From contig CAVUAE010000001.1 in the NCBI GenBank assembly GCA_963739395.1, positions 1,386,930 through 1,450,929 of the forward strand: a stretch of DNA of 64,000 nt, read 5' to 3'. Source of the DNA: an uncultured Chloroflexia bacterium (GTDB taxonomy: Bacteria; Chloroflexota; Dehalococcoidia; Dehalococcoidales; RBG-16-60-22). This document shows, piece after piece, positions 18,906 through 29,272 of this stretch. How positions within the stretch are numbered: position 1 is the stretch's first letter; each line of letters opens with the position of its first letter. Both the position numbers and the translations under genes were made by a program. The notes beneath the pieces were generated by a model. That model saw only the letters and a list, made by a program, of their open reading frames with translations. It was not told the DNA's origin and searched no databases.

Positions 18906-19121
18906 ATGGATAAGTGGATACCGGCGTTAAGGCTGACAGGTATTGGTTTTTACATCGTTATCTGCATCGTGGGGTGTACGTTTGTCGGTTGGTGGCTGGG
19001 TGATAAAAAGCCAATTTTCATTATTGTGGGCTTGGTCGTGGGTTTAATACTAGCTGTTTACGGGGTCTACCAAATGGTTCGCGGTGTTATCAATGAGCAG
19101 AAAAATAAGGGGAACAGCTAA
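18906..19121 (+). CDS. AtpZ/AtpI-family ATP synthase gene 1
   Basis: Two TM helices, first gene before atpB. Confidence 0.8.
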   Translation: MDKWIPALRLTGIGFYIVICIVGCTFVGWWLGDKKPIFIIVGLVVGLILAVYGVYQMVRGVINEQKNKGNS

Positions 19122-20092
19122 TGACTAATTCAAAGAAACGCGGTTTCCTGGGCTGTTCTTTCCCTATATTAGTTATCATTGGCATTATTGCTCTAGCTAT
19201 ATTCATCATCGGTTTTCTGGCGGGTCCCATCGGGCAGGGCATAATGGAACGATTAGGCATCCATATTGAGTTTCCTTCCTGGCTGGTGGTGGCACAACCG
19301 GAAATCAAACTGGCGGCGCCGCACCTTTTCACGATAGGTGGCTTTCCTATTACCAATACCATGCTCGCTGGCTGGATAACGGTGATTGTCCTTGTTCTCG
19401 GCAGCTGGCTGATAACCCGCCGTATGAAGCTGGTTCCCGGCAAAGCACAAATGGTCTTCGAATTTGCCCTCGGTTGGGTTTACAACCTTTGTGAAAGCGT
19501 TGCCGGTAAAGAAAACGGACGTAAATTCTTCCCGGTGGTTTGCACCATTTTTCTCTTCGTGGCTTTTAACGCCTGGTTAAGCCTGATTCCCGGCTATGGC
19601 TCTATTTTAATCAATACTGGCGGCGGCGAGCATGAGTTATTACGCGGGGCTAATACCGACCTGAATACCCCGCTGGCTTTAGCCATTGTCTCTTTTGTCT
19701 TTGTAACTTATTTCGGACTTCGCTCGCTCGGAACCGGCTGGATAAAGCAGTATTTCAATATCGGGCCGCTTTTTAAGAGCATCGGCAAGATTTTTAAAGG
19801 CAAATTTAACTTCATGGAAATTTTTACCAGCTTGATTAACATCTTCGTAGGCGGACTGGAGTTCGTGAGTATGTTAATCCGCCTTGTAAGTTTTACCTTC
19901 CGTCTCTTTGGCAATATGACAGCCGGTGAGATATTAGTACTTATTATTGCCTTCTTGCTCCCGATGGCATTTAGTTGGTTGGTTTATGGCTTTGAATTAC
20001 TCATTGGTTTCGTACAGGCTCTCGTCTTCGGTATGTTAACTCTTGTCTTCGCCAGTATGGCGGTAACTAAACATGAAACTGAGTCGCATTAA
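19121..20092 (+). CDS. atpB: F0F1 ATP synthase subunit a
   Basis: SFTFRLFGNMTAGE, FELLIGFVQALVF. Confidence 0.96.
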   Translation: MTNSKKRGFLGCSFPILVIIGIIALAIFIIGFLAGPIGQGIMERLGIHIEFPSWLVVAQPEIKLAAPHLFTIGGFPITNTMLAGWITVIVLVLGSWLITRRMKLVPGKAQMVFEFALGWVYNLCESVAGKENGRKFFPVVCTIFLFVAFNAWLSLIPGYGSILINTGGGEHELLRGANTDLNTPLALAIVSFVFVTYFGLRSLGTGWIKQYFNIGPLFKSIGKIFKGKFNFMEIFTSLINIFVGGLEFVSMLIRLVSFTFRLFGNMTAGEILVLIIAFLLPMAFSWLVYGFELLIGFVQALVFGMLTLVFASMAVTKHETESH

Positions 20093-20134
20093 GACTTTGA
20101 AGTAAATAATTATTAATTAAGGAGGGAACTATAA

Positions 20135-20365
20135 ATGGATGCAGAAAGTATGAAGATGCTAGCTGTTGGTCTGGTGTTGGGTCTGGGAGCATTGGGACCT
20201 GGCATTGGCATCGGTATTATCGGCTATGGCGCGATGCAGGGTTTGGCGCGTAATCCCGAGGCAAGAGGTCCCATCTTTACCAACATGATATTTGCCGTTG
20301 CCATGGCAGAAGCTATCGCTATTTACGCTTTAATTGTAGCCATCATGCTTGGTTTCGTGTTCTAG
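20135..20365 (+). CDS. atpE: F0F1 ATP synthase subunit c (H+-type signature)
   Basis: GPGIGIG, ARNPE, AEAIAIY; the Na+ ligands (Q...ES/T) are absent. Confidence 0.96.
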   Translation: MDAESMKMLAVGLVLGLGALGPGIGIGIIGYGAMQGLARNPEARGPIFTNMIFAVAMAEAIAIYALIVAIMLGFVF

Positions 20366-20395
20366 GTTGCGAAATAGGTATTATTGGGGGTAAAT

Positions 20396-20512
20396 ATGGA
20401 AAATGAAGGATTACCTAATTTCATATCGATTATCATCGGCGCGGTAATCGTCGGCATTCTGGTCTTTGCCGGAATCATCCTACATGCCGTCATAACGATG
20501 CCGAAAGGATAA
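20396..20512 (+). CDS. Unannotated 38-aa single-TM protein inside the atp operon
   Basis: Read by hand: MENEGLPNFISIIIGAVIVGILVFAGIILHAVITMPKG*. GGGGGT RBS 4 nt upstream; fills the atpE-atpF gap. Confidence 0.7.
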   Translation: MENEGLPNFISIIIGAVIVGILVFAGIILHAVITMPKG

Positions 20513-20547
20513 AAACTCCGTTACGATAATCAACCAAGGGGGTTCAT

Positions 20548-21057
20548 ATGGGTGGAATATCTGAATTGGGCATAAACTGGGGAGTGCTTATAACGCAGAT
20601 AGTCACTTTCGTTATCTTGCTGGTGCTGCTGCGCTTCGTTGCTTACAAACCTTTAATGCGTATGCTTGATGAACGCTCCAACAAGGTCAAAGACAGCCTG
20701 GAACAAGCCGAATCTGTGATGAAACAATCGGCGAAAACGGAAGAAGAGCTGAAAAAACAGCTGGAGCAAGCCAGTCGCGAAGGACAGGAAAGGATCGCCC
20801 GCGCGATGAAGGCAGGCGAGGAAATCAAGTTAGAAGCGGAGGAAGACGCTAAACGAGAAACGGAAAAGCTCATCCTCAAAGCGCGCACAGAAATTAAGCA
20901 GGAACGCGACTCAGCTGTTGAGGATGTACGCCGTGAGTTCGCGGACTTAACGGTGCTGGCGGCGGGCAAGGTTATCGAAAAATCACTGGATAAAGAAGAA
21001 CACCGCGAGCTTATCGAGAAAGTATTGGAAGAAAGCACTTCTATGAAGAAGGAGTAA
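20548..21057 (+). CDS. atpF: F0F1 ATP synthase subunit b
   Basis: N-terminal TM, YKPL..ML.ER, coiled coil. Confidence 0.95.
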   Translation: MGGISELGINWGVLITQIVTFVILLVLLRFVAYKPLMRMLDERSNKVKDSLEQAESVMKQSAKTEEELKKQLEQASREGQERIARAMKAGEEIKLEAEEDAKRETEKLILKARTEIKQERDSAVEDVRREFADLTVLAAGKVIEKSLDKEEHRELIEKVLEESTSMKKE

Positions 21058-21063
21058 TACTAA

Positions 21064-21161
21064 TGTCATTCTTAGGGAGCCCCTCGTTTACCCTCGGGGT
21101 AAATTCCGCGACCGAAGAATCTGTGAATGGTTACGGATCTTTCGCAACGCTCAAGATGACA
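21064..21161. repeat. Family-A doublet with nested family-E hairpin at 21080-21107
   Basis: TGTCATTCTTAGGGAG[CCCCTCGTTTACCCTCGGGGTAAATTCC]GCGACCGAAGAATCT ... GGATCTTTCGCAACGCTCAAGATGACA. Confidence 0.85.
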
Positions 21162-21182
21162 TTGTTGTAATAGGTATAACGT

Positions 21183-21728
21183 ATGACGAAAAAGGCAAAT
21201 GAACGGCGCTACGCTCAAGCGGTATTTGAAATAGCGCTGGAGAAAAACGAACTGGAACGATGGCAGACCGACCTGCAGAAGGTTGTGGATGTTATTAGTG
21301 AAGGTGATTTATTTGCCGCGTTAGAAAGCCCTAAAATAAAGCTTGAGGATAAATCGCGTTTTCTAAAAGAACGATTGGGCAAGATCAATCCTTTGGTGAT
21401 AAACCTTGCCTTGCTTTTAATATCTCGCTCGGCTATCGGCATCATCAGTGAAGTCGCTCAAGAATATAAACGTTTGCTGAATATCCATCGTGGCATAAAA
21501 ACAGCCGACATTATCACGGCTGTTCCTATTGATGAAGTCGAGAAAAATAAACTGGCAACTAAGCTGGGTGAGATGATGGATGCCAAGATAGAAATATCGG
21601 CACAAGTTGACCCGGCTATTTTGGGCGGAATGGTCGTCAGAGTAGACGGCAAACTGCTCGACGGCAGCACTAGCGGTAAATTATTAGCTTTGAAAAAGGT
21701 ATTGGAGGTTGGGGGGAGGAAGCGCTAA
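21183..21728 (+). CDS. atpH: F0F1 ATP synthase subunit delta
   Basis: RRYAQAVF, VDPAILGG.VVRV...LLDGS. Confidence 0.95.
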   Translation: MTKKANERRYAQAVFEIALEKNELERWQTDLQKVVDVISEGDLFAALESPKIKLEDKSRFLKERLGKINPLVINLALLLISRSAIGIISEVAQEYKRLLNIHRGIKTADIITAVPIDEVEKNKLATKLGEMMDAKIEISAQVDPAILGGMVVRVDGKLLDGSTSGKLLALKKVLEVGGRKR

Positions 21729-21743
21729 AAGGAGGCAACGCCT

Positions 21744-23255
21744 ATGCCAAAACGGGGCGAAGATATCGTTAAAATAATAAAAGAGCAAATTTATGAGTTT
21801 GGTACGGCAGTAACCATGGTGGATGTCGGCACTGTTATTGAGGTTGGTGACGGCATAGCTAGAATTCATGGTCTGGCATCGGCTAAGTATAATGAACTAT
21901 TACAGTTCCCGAATGATATTATCGGCATCGCCTTAAACCTTGAAGAGGATAGCGTCTCTGCTGTTATTTTAGGCGACTATAGCGGCATTAAAGAAGGCGA
22001 CGAGGTCAAGTGCACCGGGCGCATTGCCGAAGTGCCTGTGGGTGAAGCCATGATGGGTCGTGTTGTCGACCCGCTCGGTCGTCCTCTGGACGGCAAAGGA
22101 GCCATAAAGACGGAAAAAACCCGCCCCATCGAGCGTGTTGCTCCTAACGTCGTTTTGCGCGCCCCGGTGGATACGCCGGTGCAAACTGGCATAAAAGCGG
22201 TTGATAGCATGTTCCCCATCGGCAGGGGACAACGTGAACTAATCATCGGCGACCGTTCTACTGGTAAAACCGCCATCGCTTTAGATGCTATCATCAATCA
22301 AAAAGGCGGCGACTTAATCTGTATTTATGTGGCTATCGGCCAGAAGAATTCGCAGGTGGCGCGAGTGGTGGCTACTTTAAATAATTACGATGCCATGGAG
22401 CATACCATCGTCGTTACCGCCAGCGCGTCGGAGTCGGTGGCTTTACAATATTTGGCGCCATACGCCGGCTGCGCCATGGGCGAGGAGTTCATGGAGCAGG
22501 GCAAGGATGTCTTGATTATTTTCGATGACCTTTCCAAGCACGCCTGGGCTTATCGCCAGCTTTCACTGCTCTTAAGACGTCCCCCGGGTCGCGAGGCTTA
22601 CCCCGGCGATGTTTTTTACCTACACAGCCGCTTGCTGGAGAGGGCAGCCAAATATGATAAAGAGTACGGCGGTGGTTCGATGACGGCGCTGCCGATTATC
22701 GAGACGCAGGCAGGCGATGTTTCTGCCTATATCCCCACCAACGTTATTTCCATCACCGACGGCCAGCTTTACGTGGAGTCGGACCTGTTTAACGCCGGTA
22801 TTAAACCTGCCTTGAACGTGGGCATCTCCGTTTCGCGTGTGGGCAGTAAAGCCCAGACTGCCGCGATGAAAAAAGTGGCGAGCCGACTTAAGCTGGATAT
22901 GGGACAGTACCGCGCCGTGGCGGCTTTCGCCCAGTTTGGCACTACCGAACTCGATAAAGCTACGCGTGACCAGCTGGAACGCGGCGAGCATATCCAGGAA
23001 GTCTTAAAACAGGGGCAGTTCGTCCCCGTATCGCTGGAGAGACAGGTAATGATTCTTTATGCCGTCACCAACGGCTATTTAGACGATATCCCGCTGGACA
23101 AAGTCGCCGCCTTTGAGAGCGATTTCTACCGGTACATTGAAGCCAGTTATAAAGATGTCGGCGCGTCCATCGCCAAAACCAAAGACCTGACCGCCGACAC
23201 TGAAGAAAAACTAAAGAAAGCCGTCACAGAATTTAAACAGGGGTTTGTTAAATAA
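21744..23255 (+). CDS. atpA: F0F1 ATP synthase subunit alpha
   Basis: [40 protein letters not shown]. Confidence 0.98.
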   Translation: MPKRGEDIVKIIKEQIYEFGTAVTMVDVGTVIEVGDGIARIHGLASAKYNELLQFPNDIIGIALNLEEDSVSAVILGDYSGIKEGDEVKCTGRIAEVPVGEAMMGRVVDPLGRPLDGKGAIKTEKTRPIERVAPNVVLRAPVDTPVQTGIKAVDSMFPIGRGQRELIIGDRSTGKTAIALDAIINQKGGDLICIYVAIGQKNSQVARVVATLNNYDAMEHTIVVTASASESVALQYLAPYAGCAMGEEFMEQGKDVLIIFDDLSKHAWAYRQLSLLLRRPPGREAYPGDVFYLHSRLLERAAKYDKEYGGGSMTALPIIETQAGDVSAYIPTNVISITDGQLYVESDLFNAGIKPALNVGISVSRVGSKAQTAAMKKVASRLKLDMGQYRAVAAFAQFGTTELDKATRDQLERGEHIQEVLKQGQFVPVSLERQVMILYAVTNGYLDDIPLDKVAAFESDFYRYIEASYKDVGASIAKTKDLTADTEEKLKKAVTEFKQGFVK

Positions 23256-23257
23256 CA

Positions 23258-23294
23258 TGTCATTGCGAGGAGCGAAGCGACGTGGCAATCTCAT
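23258..23294. repeat. Family-A single unit
   Basis: TGTCATTGCGAGGAGCGAAGCGACGTGGCAATCTCAT immediately after the atpA stop. Confidence 0.8.
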
Positions 23295-23330
23295 CGTATG
23301 AACCTCCCTGATGACAGAAAGCAGAAAGTT

Positions 23331-23681
23331 ATGAAAGAAAAAGAAATGGCTTATTGCGGTATCGTGTGTGCTGAATGCGGCGCATATATCGCCACTATGA
23401 AAAACGATGATAAACTGCGACAGGCGCAGGCGGAGAAGTGGGCTAAACAATATAATATACCCATTATGAAAGCCTCTGATGTTAACTGCACCGGCTGTGA
23501 TTCCAAAGGTGTTAGAATGGGTCATTGCGCCGTGTGCCAGATACGCACGTGCGCTAAAGAAAAAGGCTTGAAAAACTGCGGGTATTGTTTAAACTACCCG
23601 TGTGCCCAACTAGAGTTCGTTATTAAGCACTATCCAGTCGCCAGAGAGAGATTAGACGCTATAAAGAAGGGGAAGAAGTAA
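23331..23681 (+). CDS. Cys-rich DUF3795-like protein inserted between atpA and atpG (start uncertain)
   Basis: AYCGIVCAEC, CTGC, C..C.IR.CA.EK...NCGYC..YPC. Confidence 0.8.
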   Translation: MKEKEMAYCGIVCAECGAYIATMKNDDKLRQAQAEKWAKQYNIPIMKASDVNCTGCDSKGVRMGHCAVCQIRTCAKEKGLKNCGYCLNYPCAQLEFVIKHYPVARERLDAIKKGKK

Positions 23682-23684
23682 CCC

Positions 23685-24539
23685 ATGCCGGATATTCGTA
23701 AGGTAAAGCGCCGTATTAAGGGCGTCCGGAACATCGCCAAGATAACTCGGGCGATGGAGATGATTGCTGCCTCCAAGATGAAAAAGGCGCAGGAGCAGGG
23801 TTTACAGGGGCGGCCTTACGCCGAAAAAATCGAACAGGTCATTGCCGACCTGGCGGCGCTACCGGATATCGGTTTACAGCACCCGCTCTTGCAGCGTCGG
23901 GAGATAAAGAAAATCGCCGTCGTGCACATCACCCCAAATAGGGGACTTTGCGGTGGACTTAACGCTAACCTGAACCGTCAGCTGGCTAATTTTATCCTCC
24001 AGCAAAAAGTGCCGGTCGAGGTAGTCGCAGTGGGACGTAAAGGACGTGATTTCTCGGTTCGCAATACCTGCAAGTTATGCGCCGAGTTTACCCAGTTGAG
24101 TGACCAGCCCAGCTATCTGGATACCCTCCCTGTCTCCAATATCGTGATTCAGGAATACACCGAGGGCATCATCGATATGGTATATATTTCTTATGCCCGT
24201 TTTATTTCCACATTGGTCCAAAAGCCTGTGATGAAGCAGCTCTTACCCGTGCAGCCGGCTCAAATCCCCGGCGGGCAAAACGTCGACTATATTTACGAGC
24301 CGGATGCGGAGGCGGTATTGGGCAGTCTGCTGCCCCGCTTCGTTGAGATGGAGATTTACCATGCAATTCTGGAATCCATCGCCAGCGAGCAATCGGCGCG
24401 TATGGTGGCGATGCGTAACGCTACCGATAGCGCTAACGAACTTATCGGTGACCTGACGCTGCTTTATAACAAGGCAAGGCAGGAAAGTATTACCCGCGAG
24501 CTTTTGGATATTATCGGTGGGGTTGTGGCTTTAGAATAA
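23685..24539 (+). CDS. atpG: F0F1 ATP synthase subunit gamma
   Basis: ITRAMEMIAASK, RGLCGG, SEQSARMVAMRNATD, NKARQESIT. Confidence 0.97.
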   Translation: MPDIRKVKRRIKGVRNIAKITRAMEMIAASKMKKAQEQGLQGRPYAEKIEQVIADLAALPDIGLQHPLLQRREIKKIAVVHITPNRGLCGGLNANLNRQLANFILQQKVPVEVVAVGRKGRDFSVRNTCKLCAEFTQLSDQPSYLDTLPVSNIVIQEYTEGIIDMVYISYARFISTLVQKPVMKQLLPVQPAQIPGGQNVDYIYEPDAEAVLGSLLPRFVEMEIYHAILESIASEQSARMVAMRNATDSANELIGDLTLLYNKARQESITRELLDIIGGVVALE

Positions 24540-24551
24540 TTTTAGTTAAAA

Positions 24552-24727
24552 CGTCATTCCCGCCCCGTATCAGGGTACGGGTTCACCCTGAACGGTTCAC
24601 CGTGAACGGGGTAAACTCCAGCGGGAATCCAGGGGAGGAGAAAAGGGGCGGATTCTGGCCCTCGTGCTGAACTCGGGACTCGGACAGAAGGCTCGGCCTG
24701 AAGGCTGAAGCCTTCGTCAGAATGACA
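24552..24727. repeat. Family-A doublet with three-level nested hairpin insertions
   Basis: GTCATTCCCGC[CCCGTATCAGGGTACGGG{TTCACCCTGAACGGTTCACCGTGAACGGG}GTAAACTCCA]GCGGGAATCCAG ... GGATTCTGGC[...GGCCTGAAGGCTGAAGC]CTTCGTCAGAATGACA. Confidence 0.85.
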
Positions 24728-24731
24728 GTGA

Positions 24732-26562
<1,831 letters not shown>

Positions 26563-26594
26563 TAAATATCTCCACTCATGATAAGTTTAAATAT

Positions 26595-26940
26595 CCGCTC
26601 ATGGTGAGCCTGTCGAACCATAGCCGCAAGGAATGTGTGGTGAGTTTCTGGGTTTATATTCTAAAGTGTTCCGATGGGAGTTACTACACCGGCCATACTG
26701 ATGACCTTGAAACACGTATTGCACAACACCAACAACACACGATTAAGGGTTATACATCCACACGGTTGCCAGTAAAATTGGTATTTTGCGATGAATTCCC
26801 AACTCGTGATAATGCTTTTGAGAGAGAAAGACAGATAAAAGGCTGGACGCGCCGGAAAAAAGAGGCATTAATTAAAGGAGATTGGGACAAATTGGTAGAA
26901 TATTCTAGAAGTCATCCTTCGACAAGCTCAGGATGAGCGG
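26595..26940 (+). mobile_element. GIY-YIG gene bracketed by inverted hairpin repeats (candidate autonomous unit)
   Basis: Left CCGCTCATGGTGAGCCTGTCGAACCAT (26595-26621) and right CATCCTTCGACAAGCTCAGGATGAGCGG (26913-26940) are inverted copies with compensatory stem changes. Confidence 0.6.
26640..26936 (+). CDS. Stand-alone GIY-YIG nuclease (UPF0213-like)
   Basis: WVYILKCSDGSYYTGHT..L..R..QH, YT..RLPV.LV, A..RERQIKGW.R.KKEALI. GTG start with AAGGAA RBS. Confidence 0.92.
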   Translation: MSFWVYILKCSDGSYYTGHTDDLETRIAQHQQHTIKGYTSTRLPVKLVFCDEFPTRDNAFERERQIKGWTRRKKEALIKGDWDKLVEYSRSHPSTSSG

Positions 26941-26950
26941 TGTTTTTTAG

Positions 26951-27475
26951 TTAAGCCTTCTTCATTCTTAAATATTTCAGTGCCTTCTTGGTAATTTCCT
27001 TGACCATGGCGTCTTTGCCGTCCATATAAAGCTGCCGGTCGTTATTGAGTTTCTCCGCCAGTTCCCACTTATGCTTACTTAATCTTTCCCGATCTTTTTT
27101 ATGGGTTTTCATGTAGTCGCGGAAAGCAGTTTCCTTTTTCAGTTCAAAGCTATGTTTCGAGCAAACATATAGGTGGTGAAGAGGTAGAATTGATTCATCG
27201 GTTAATCTGAAGACCTCTCTGTCTTTGATACCTTGGCCACCTCGATAGTAATAGCCGCGTCCTTCCAGTAAAAGTTTCATTTCTTCCCAGCGTTCTGGCT
27301 CGATGACGATAATGATATCTATTATTGGTTTAGCTATCATGCCTGGGATGGATGTGCTGCCAACGTGCTCAATGCGGATGGACGCTTTCGCTACCTTTTC
27401 GCCGAGGAATGTTTTTATCTCCTCGAACCACTTGGGCCATTGCGGATTATATTTTTCTACCAGCGTTACGGGCAT
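26951..27475 (-). CDS. GrpB-family nucleotidyltransferase-fold protein
   Basis: IEHVGSTSIPG..AKPIIDI, HHLYV, FRDY, Y..GK. Confidence 0.9.
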   Translation of the reverse strand: MPVTLVEKYNPQWPKWFEEIKTFLGEKVAKASIRIEHVGSTSIPGMIAKPIIDIIIVIEPERWEEMKLLLEGRGYYYRGGQGIKDREVFRLTDESILPLHHLYVCSKHSFELKKETAFRDYMKTHKKDRERLSKHKWELAEKLNNDRQLYMDGKDAMVKEITKKALKYLRMKKA

Positions 27476-27500
27476 AAAGAATATCCTTATATAAAAGCCT

Positions 27501-27528
27501 AAAGCCCCGAGGTATTCGGGGCTTTTTT
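27501..27528. terminator. Bidirectional-type terminator hairpin
   Basis: AAAGCCCCGA-GGTAT-TCGGGGCTTTTTT. Confidence 0.7.
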
Positions 27529-27634
27529 GATTGTTGTTCTTCTGTGTGCCTGTTCAATTTCCAAGGTGCAGGCGGTATTTTTTTTCAGGGAGTTTTAACT
27601 CCCCACTCCCCCTTTAAGGGTGTTGGGGGAAAAG

Positions 27635-27862
27635 TTACATTATTTCTAGTCTTACTCTGGTTTGGGCTTTAGCGGCTTTTACCCTAAGCAAAGTGCGCAT
27701 TGCCTGGGCAATCTGGCCTTGCTTACCGATGATTCTGCCTTTGTCTTCATCAGCCACGCGTAGTTTTAGCGTGATACCCTCTTCGTTAGTCTCCTCGTCG
27801 ACATTCACTGCGTCCGGGTTGTTTACGATGCTTTTGGCGATGTACGTAACTAGGTCTTTCAT
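27635..27862 (-). CDS. khpA: KH-domain RNA-binding protein
   Basis: DKGRIIGKQG GxxG loop; follows rpsP. Confidence 0.9.
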   Translation of the reverse strand: MKDLVTYIAKSIVNNPDAVNVDEETNEEGITLKLRVADEDKGRIIGKQGQIAQAMRTLLRVKAAKAQTRVRLEIM

Positions 27863-28128
27863 GCTTTCTCCTTGACCGGTTTGAATTTTTCCAGGATACC
27901 TGCCTTACCTAGTAGTCTGGCAGTGGTGCCTGTCGGCTGGGCGCCCTGTTTAAGCCAGTGCAGGGCTCTTTCTTCTTGGATATTGATGGTGGCTGGTTCG
28001 GTTCTCGGGTTATAATGCCCGATGATTTCTACGAATGCCCCGTCCCGGGGTGCCCGGCTATCAACGATGACCATTCTGTAGCTGGGTTGTCCCCTGGCTC
28101 CTGTACGGCGAAGTCTGATTTTTAGCAT
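27859..28128 (-). CDS. rpsP: 30S ribosomal protein S16
   Basis: MLKIRLRR.G, YR.V..DSR.PRDG, GHYNP, GAQPT. Confidence 0.97.
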   Translation of the reverse strand: MLKIRLRRTGARGQPSYRMVIVDSRAPRDGAFVEIIGHYNPRTEPATINIQEERALHWLKQGAQPTGTTARLLGKAGILEKFKPVKEKA

Positions 28129-28354
28129 GAACTCCTTGATTTTCTAGTATAAAACTTTTCCGTCCCCTATTATGCACTATAACGTAATATCTGTCAATGG
28201 TGGCACATTAATATATTTAAATTACGTGTCTTTTAGCTTTAAATTTAGTCGTTTATTGCACTTTTGGCATTTTAACTTTTCTTTCGTCCGCTTGACACCC
28301 TTTCCTCTCATGTTGTATACATAGGGCGTATCTATCGATAGAAAGAAGGCTGGT

Positions 28355-28678
28355 ATGGGTGTTTTTTCTTTTCTTAAAAAAGTATTCGCCGGGGAGAGCG
28401 CGGACGAAGAAGAATTGGATGCCGCCCGCAGGCGTCACGGCATTGTGCTGACGGGAAAGGAAAAACTGGAGGCAAGAAGACCGACGACGGAAGCCGAGCG
28501 CTTTGCCGCGGAATTTGACGTCTGGGAAGAGCTGAAGAACTACCGCTGGAATTTCTTTGTGGGTAATTGGGTGGCGCGTAAAATTCACCCCGTCGGCGAG
28601 GAGAAGGTTAAACGGGACTTGGAAAGACTCGAGAAAAAACGACAGGAAGAAGCAGAAAGGAAAAAGAGGGAGCAATAA
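28355..28678 (+). CDS. Hypothetical protein
   Basis: 107-aa ORF with its own TTGACA/TATACA promoter and an AGAAGG RBS. Confidence 0.7.
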   Translation: MGVFSFLKKVFAGESADEEELDAARRRHGIVLTGKEKLEARRPTTEAERFAAEFDVWEELKNYRWNFFVGNWVARKIHPVGEEKVKRDLERLEKKRQEEAERKKREQ

Positions 28679-28704
28679 ACTCCCTCCCTGCCTTTACCCC
28701 CCCC

Positions 28705-28737
28705 CTTATCCCGAGTGAATGAAGTGAGTCGAGGGAT
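28705..28737 (-). repeat. Family-E hairpin
   Basis: Minus strand reads ATCCCTCGACTCACTTCATTCACTCGGGATAAG. Confidence 0.7.
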
Positions 28738-28744
28738 TGTTTAG

Positions 28745-29215
28745 CTAAAGTTCTGTTAGCTTATCTATAAAAATCACCAGCGGCGCGATAACGCTTACTG
28801 CCCCCACAGAAATCAGAATTATAGCGAAGAGATTGTACCTCGTTTCGTAGCCTTTAAAAATCGAGCCGTCATAATACTGCGCTACGCCGGCGTCTTTATA
28901 GAGTTTCACCAAGCCTCGGTTGAGTTTCGCCCGCTGCTTTTTATTCTTCAAAAGCGTGAGTACGGAGTACCAGATAACAGCGACGGTAGCCAGAATGCTT
29001 ATTACCATGATAATCGTGGGGGCGACATTGAAGGTCGTCTTGGTTTTTAAAGCGCCCAAAATGTTGGTTATCGAGCCGGTGGAGCTCTCGGCAAAAATCA
29101 TGGCGATGGTGAAGAGTATTAACGAAACAACAATAGCGATAACGGCGATTTTGGTGTCTAGCCGGGTTGCCTGCTTAAGCTCATTACTGATTTGCTCGTG
29201 AATACGCTCTTTCAT
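28745..29215 (-). CDS. Hypothetical membrane protein (3 TM)
   Basis: Three hydrophobic segments; AAGGAGG RBS. Confidence 0.8.
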   Translation of the reverse strand: MKERIHEQISNELKQATRLDTKIAVIAIVVSLILFTIAMIFAESSTGSITNILGALKTKTTFNVAPTIIMVISILATVAVIWYSVLTLLKNKKQRAKLNRGLVKLYKDAGVAQYYDGSIFKGYETRYNLFAIILISVGAVSVIAPLVIFIDKLTEL

Positions 29216-29272
29216 ATATACCTCCTTGCGACTTTAGAGTTTGGATTATAATAGGCTTTTCTAGAGGGTTTG

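Noticed and set aside
20135-20365. Na+-coupled ATP synthase
   Set aside because: The c subunit lacks the Q and ES/T sodium ligands.
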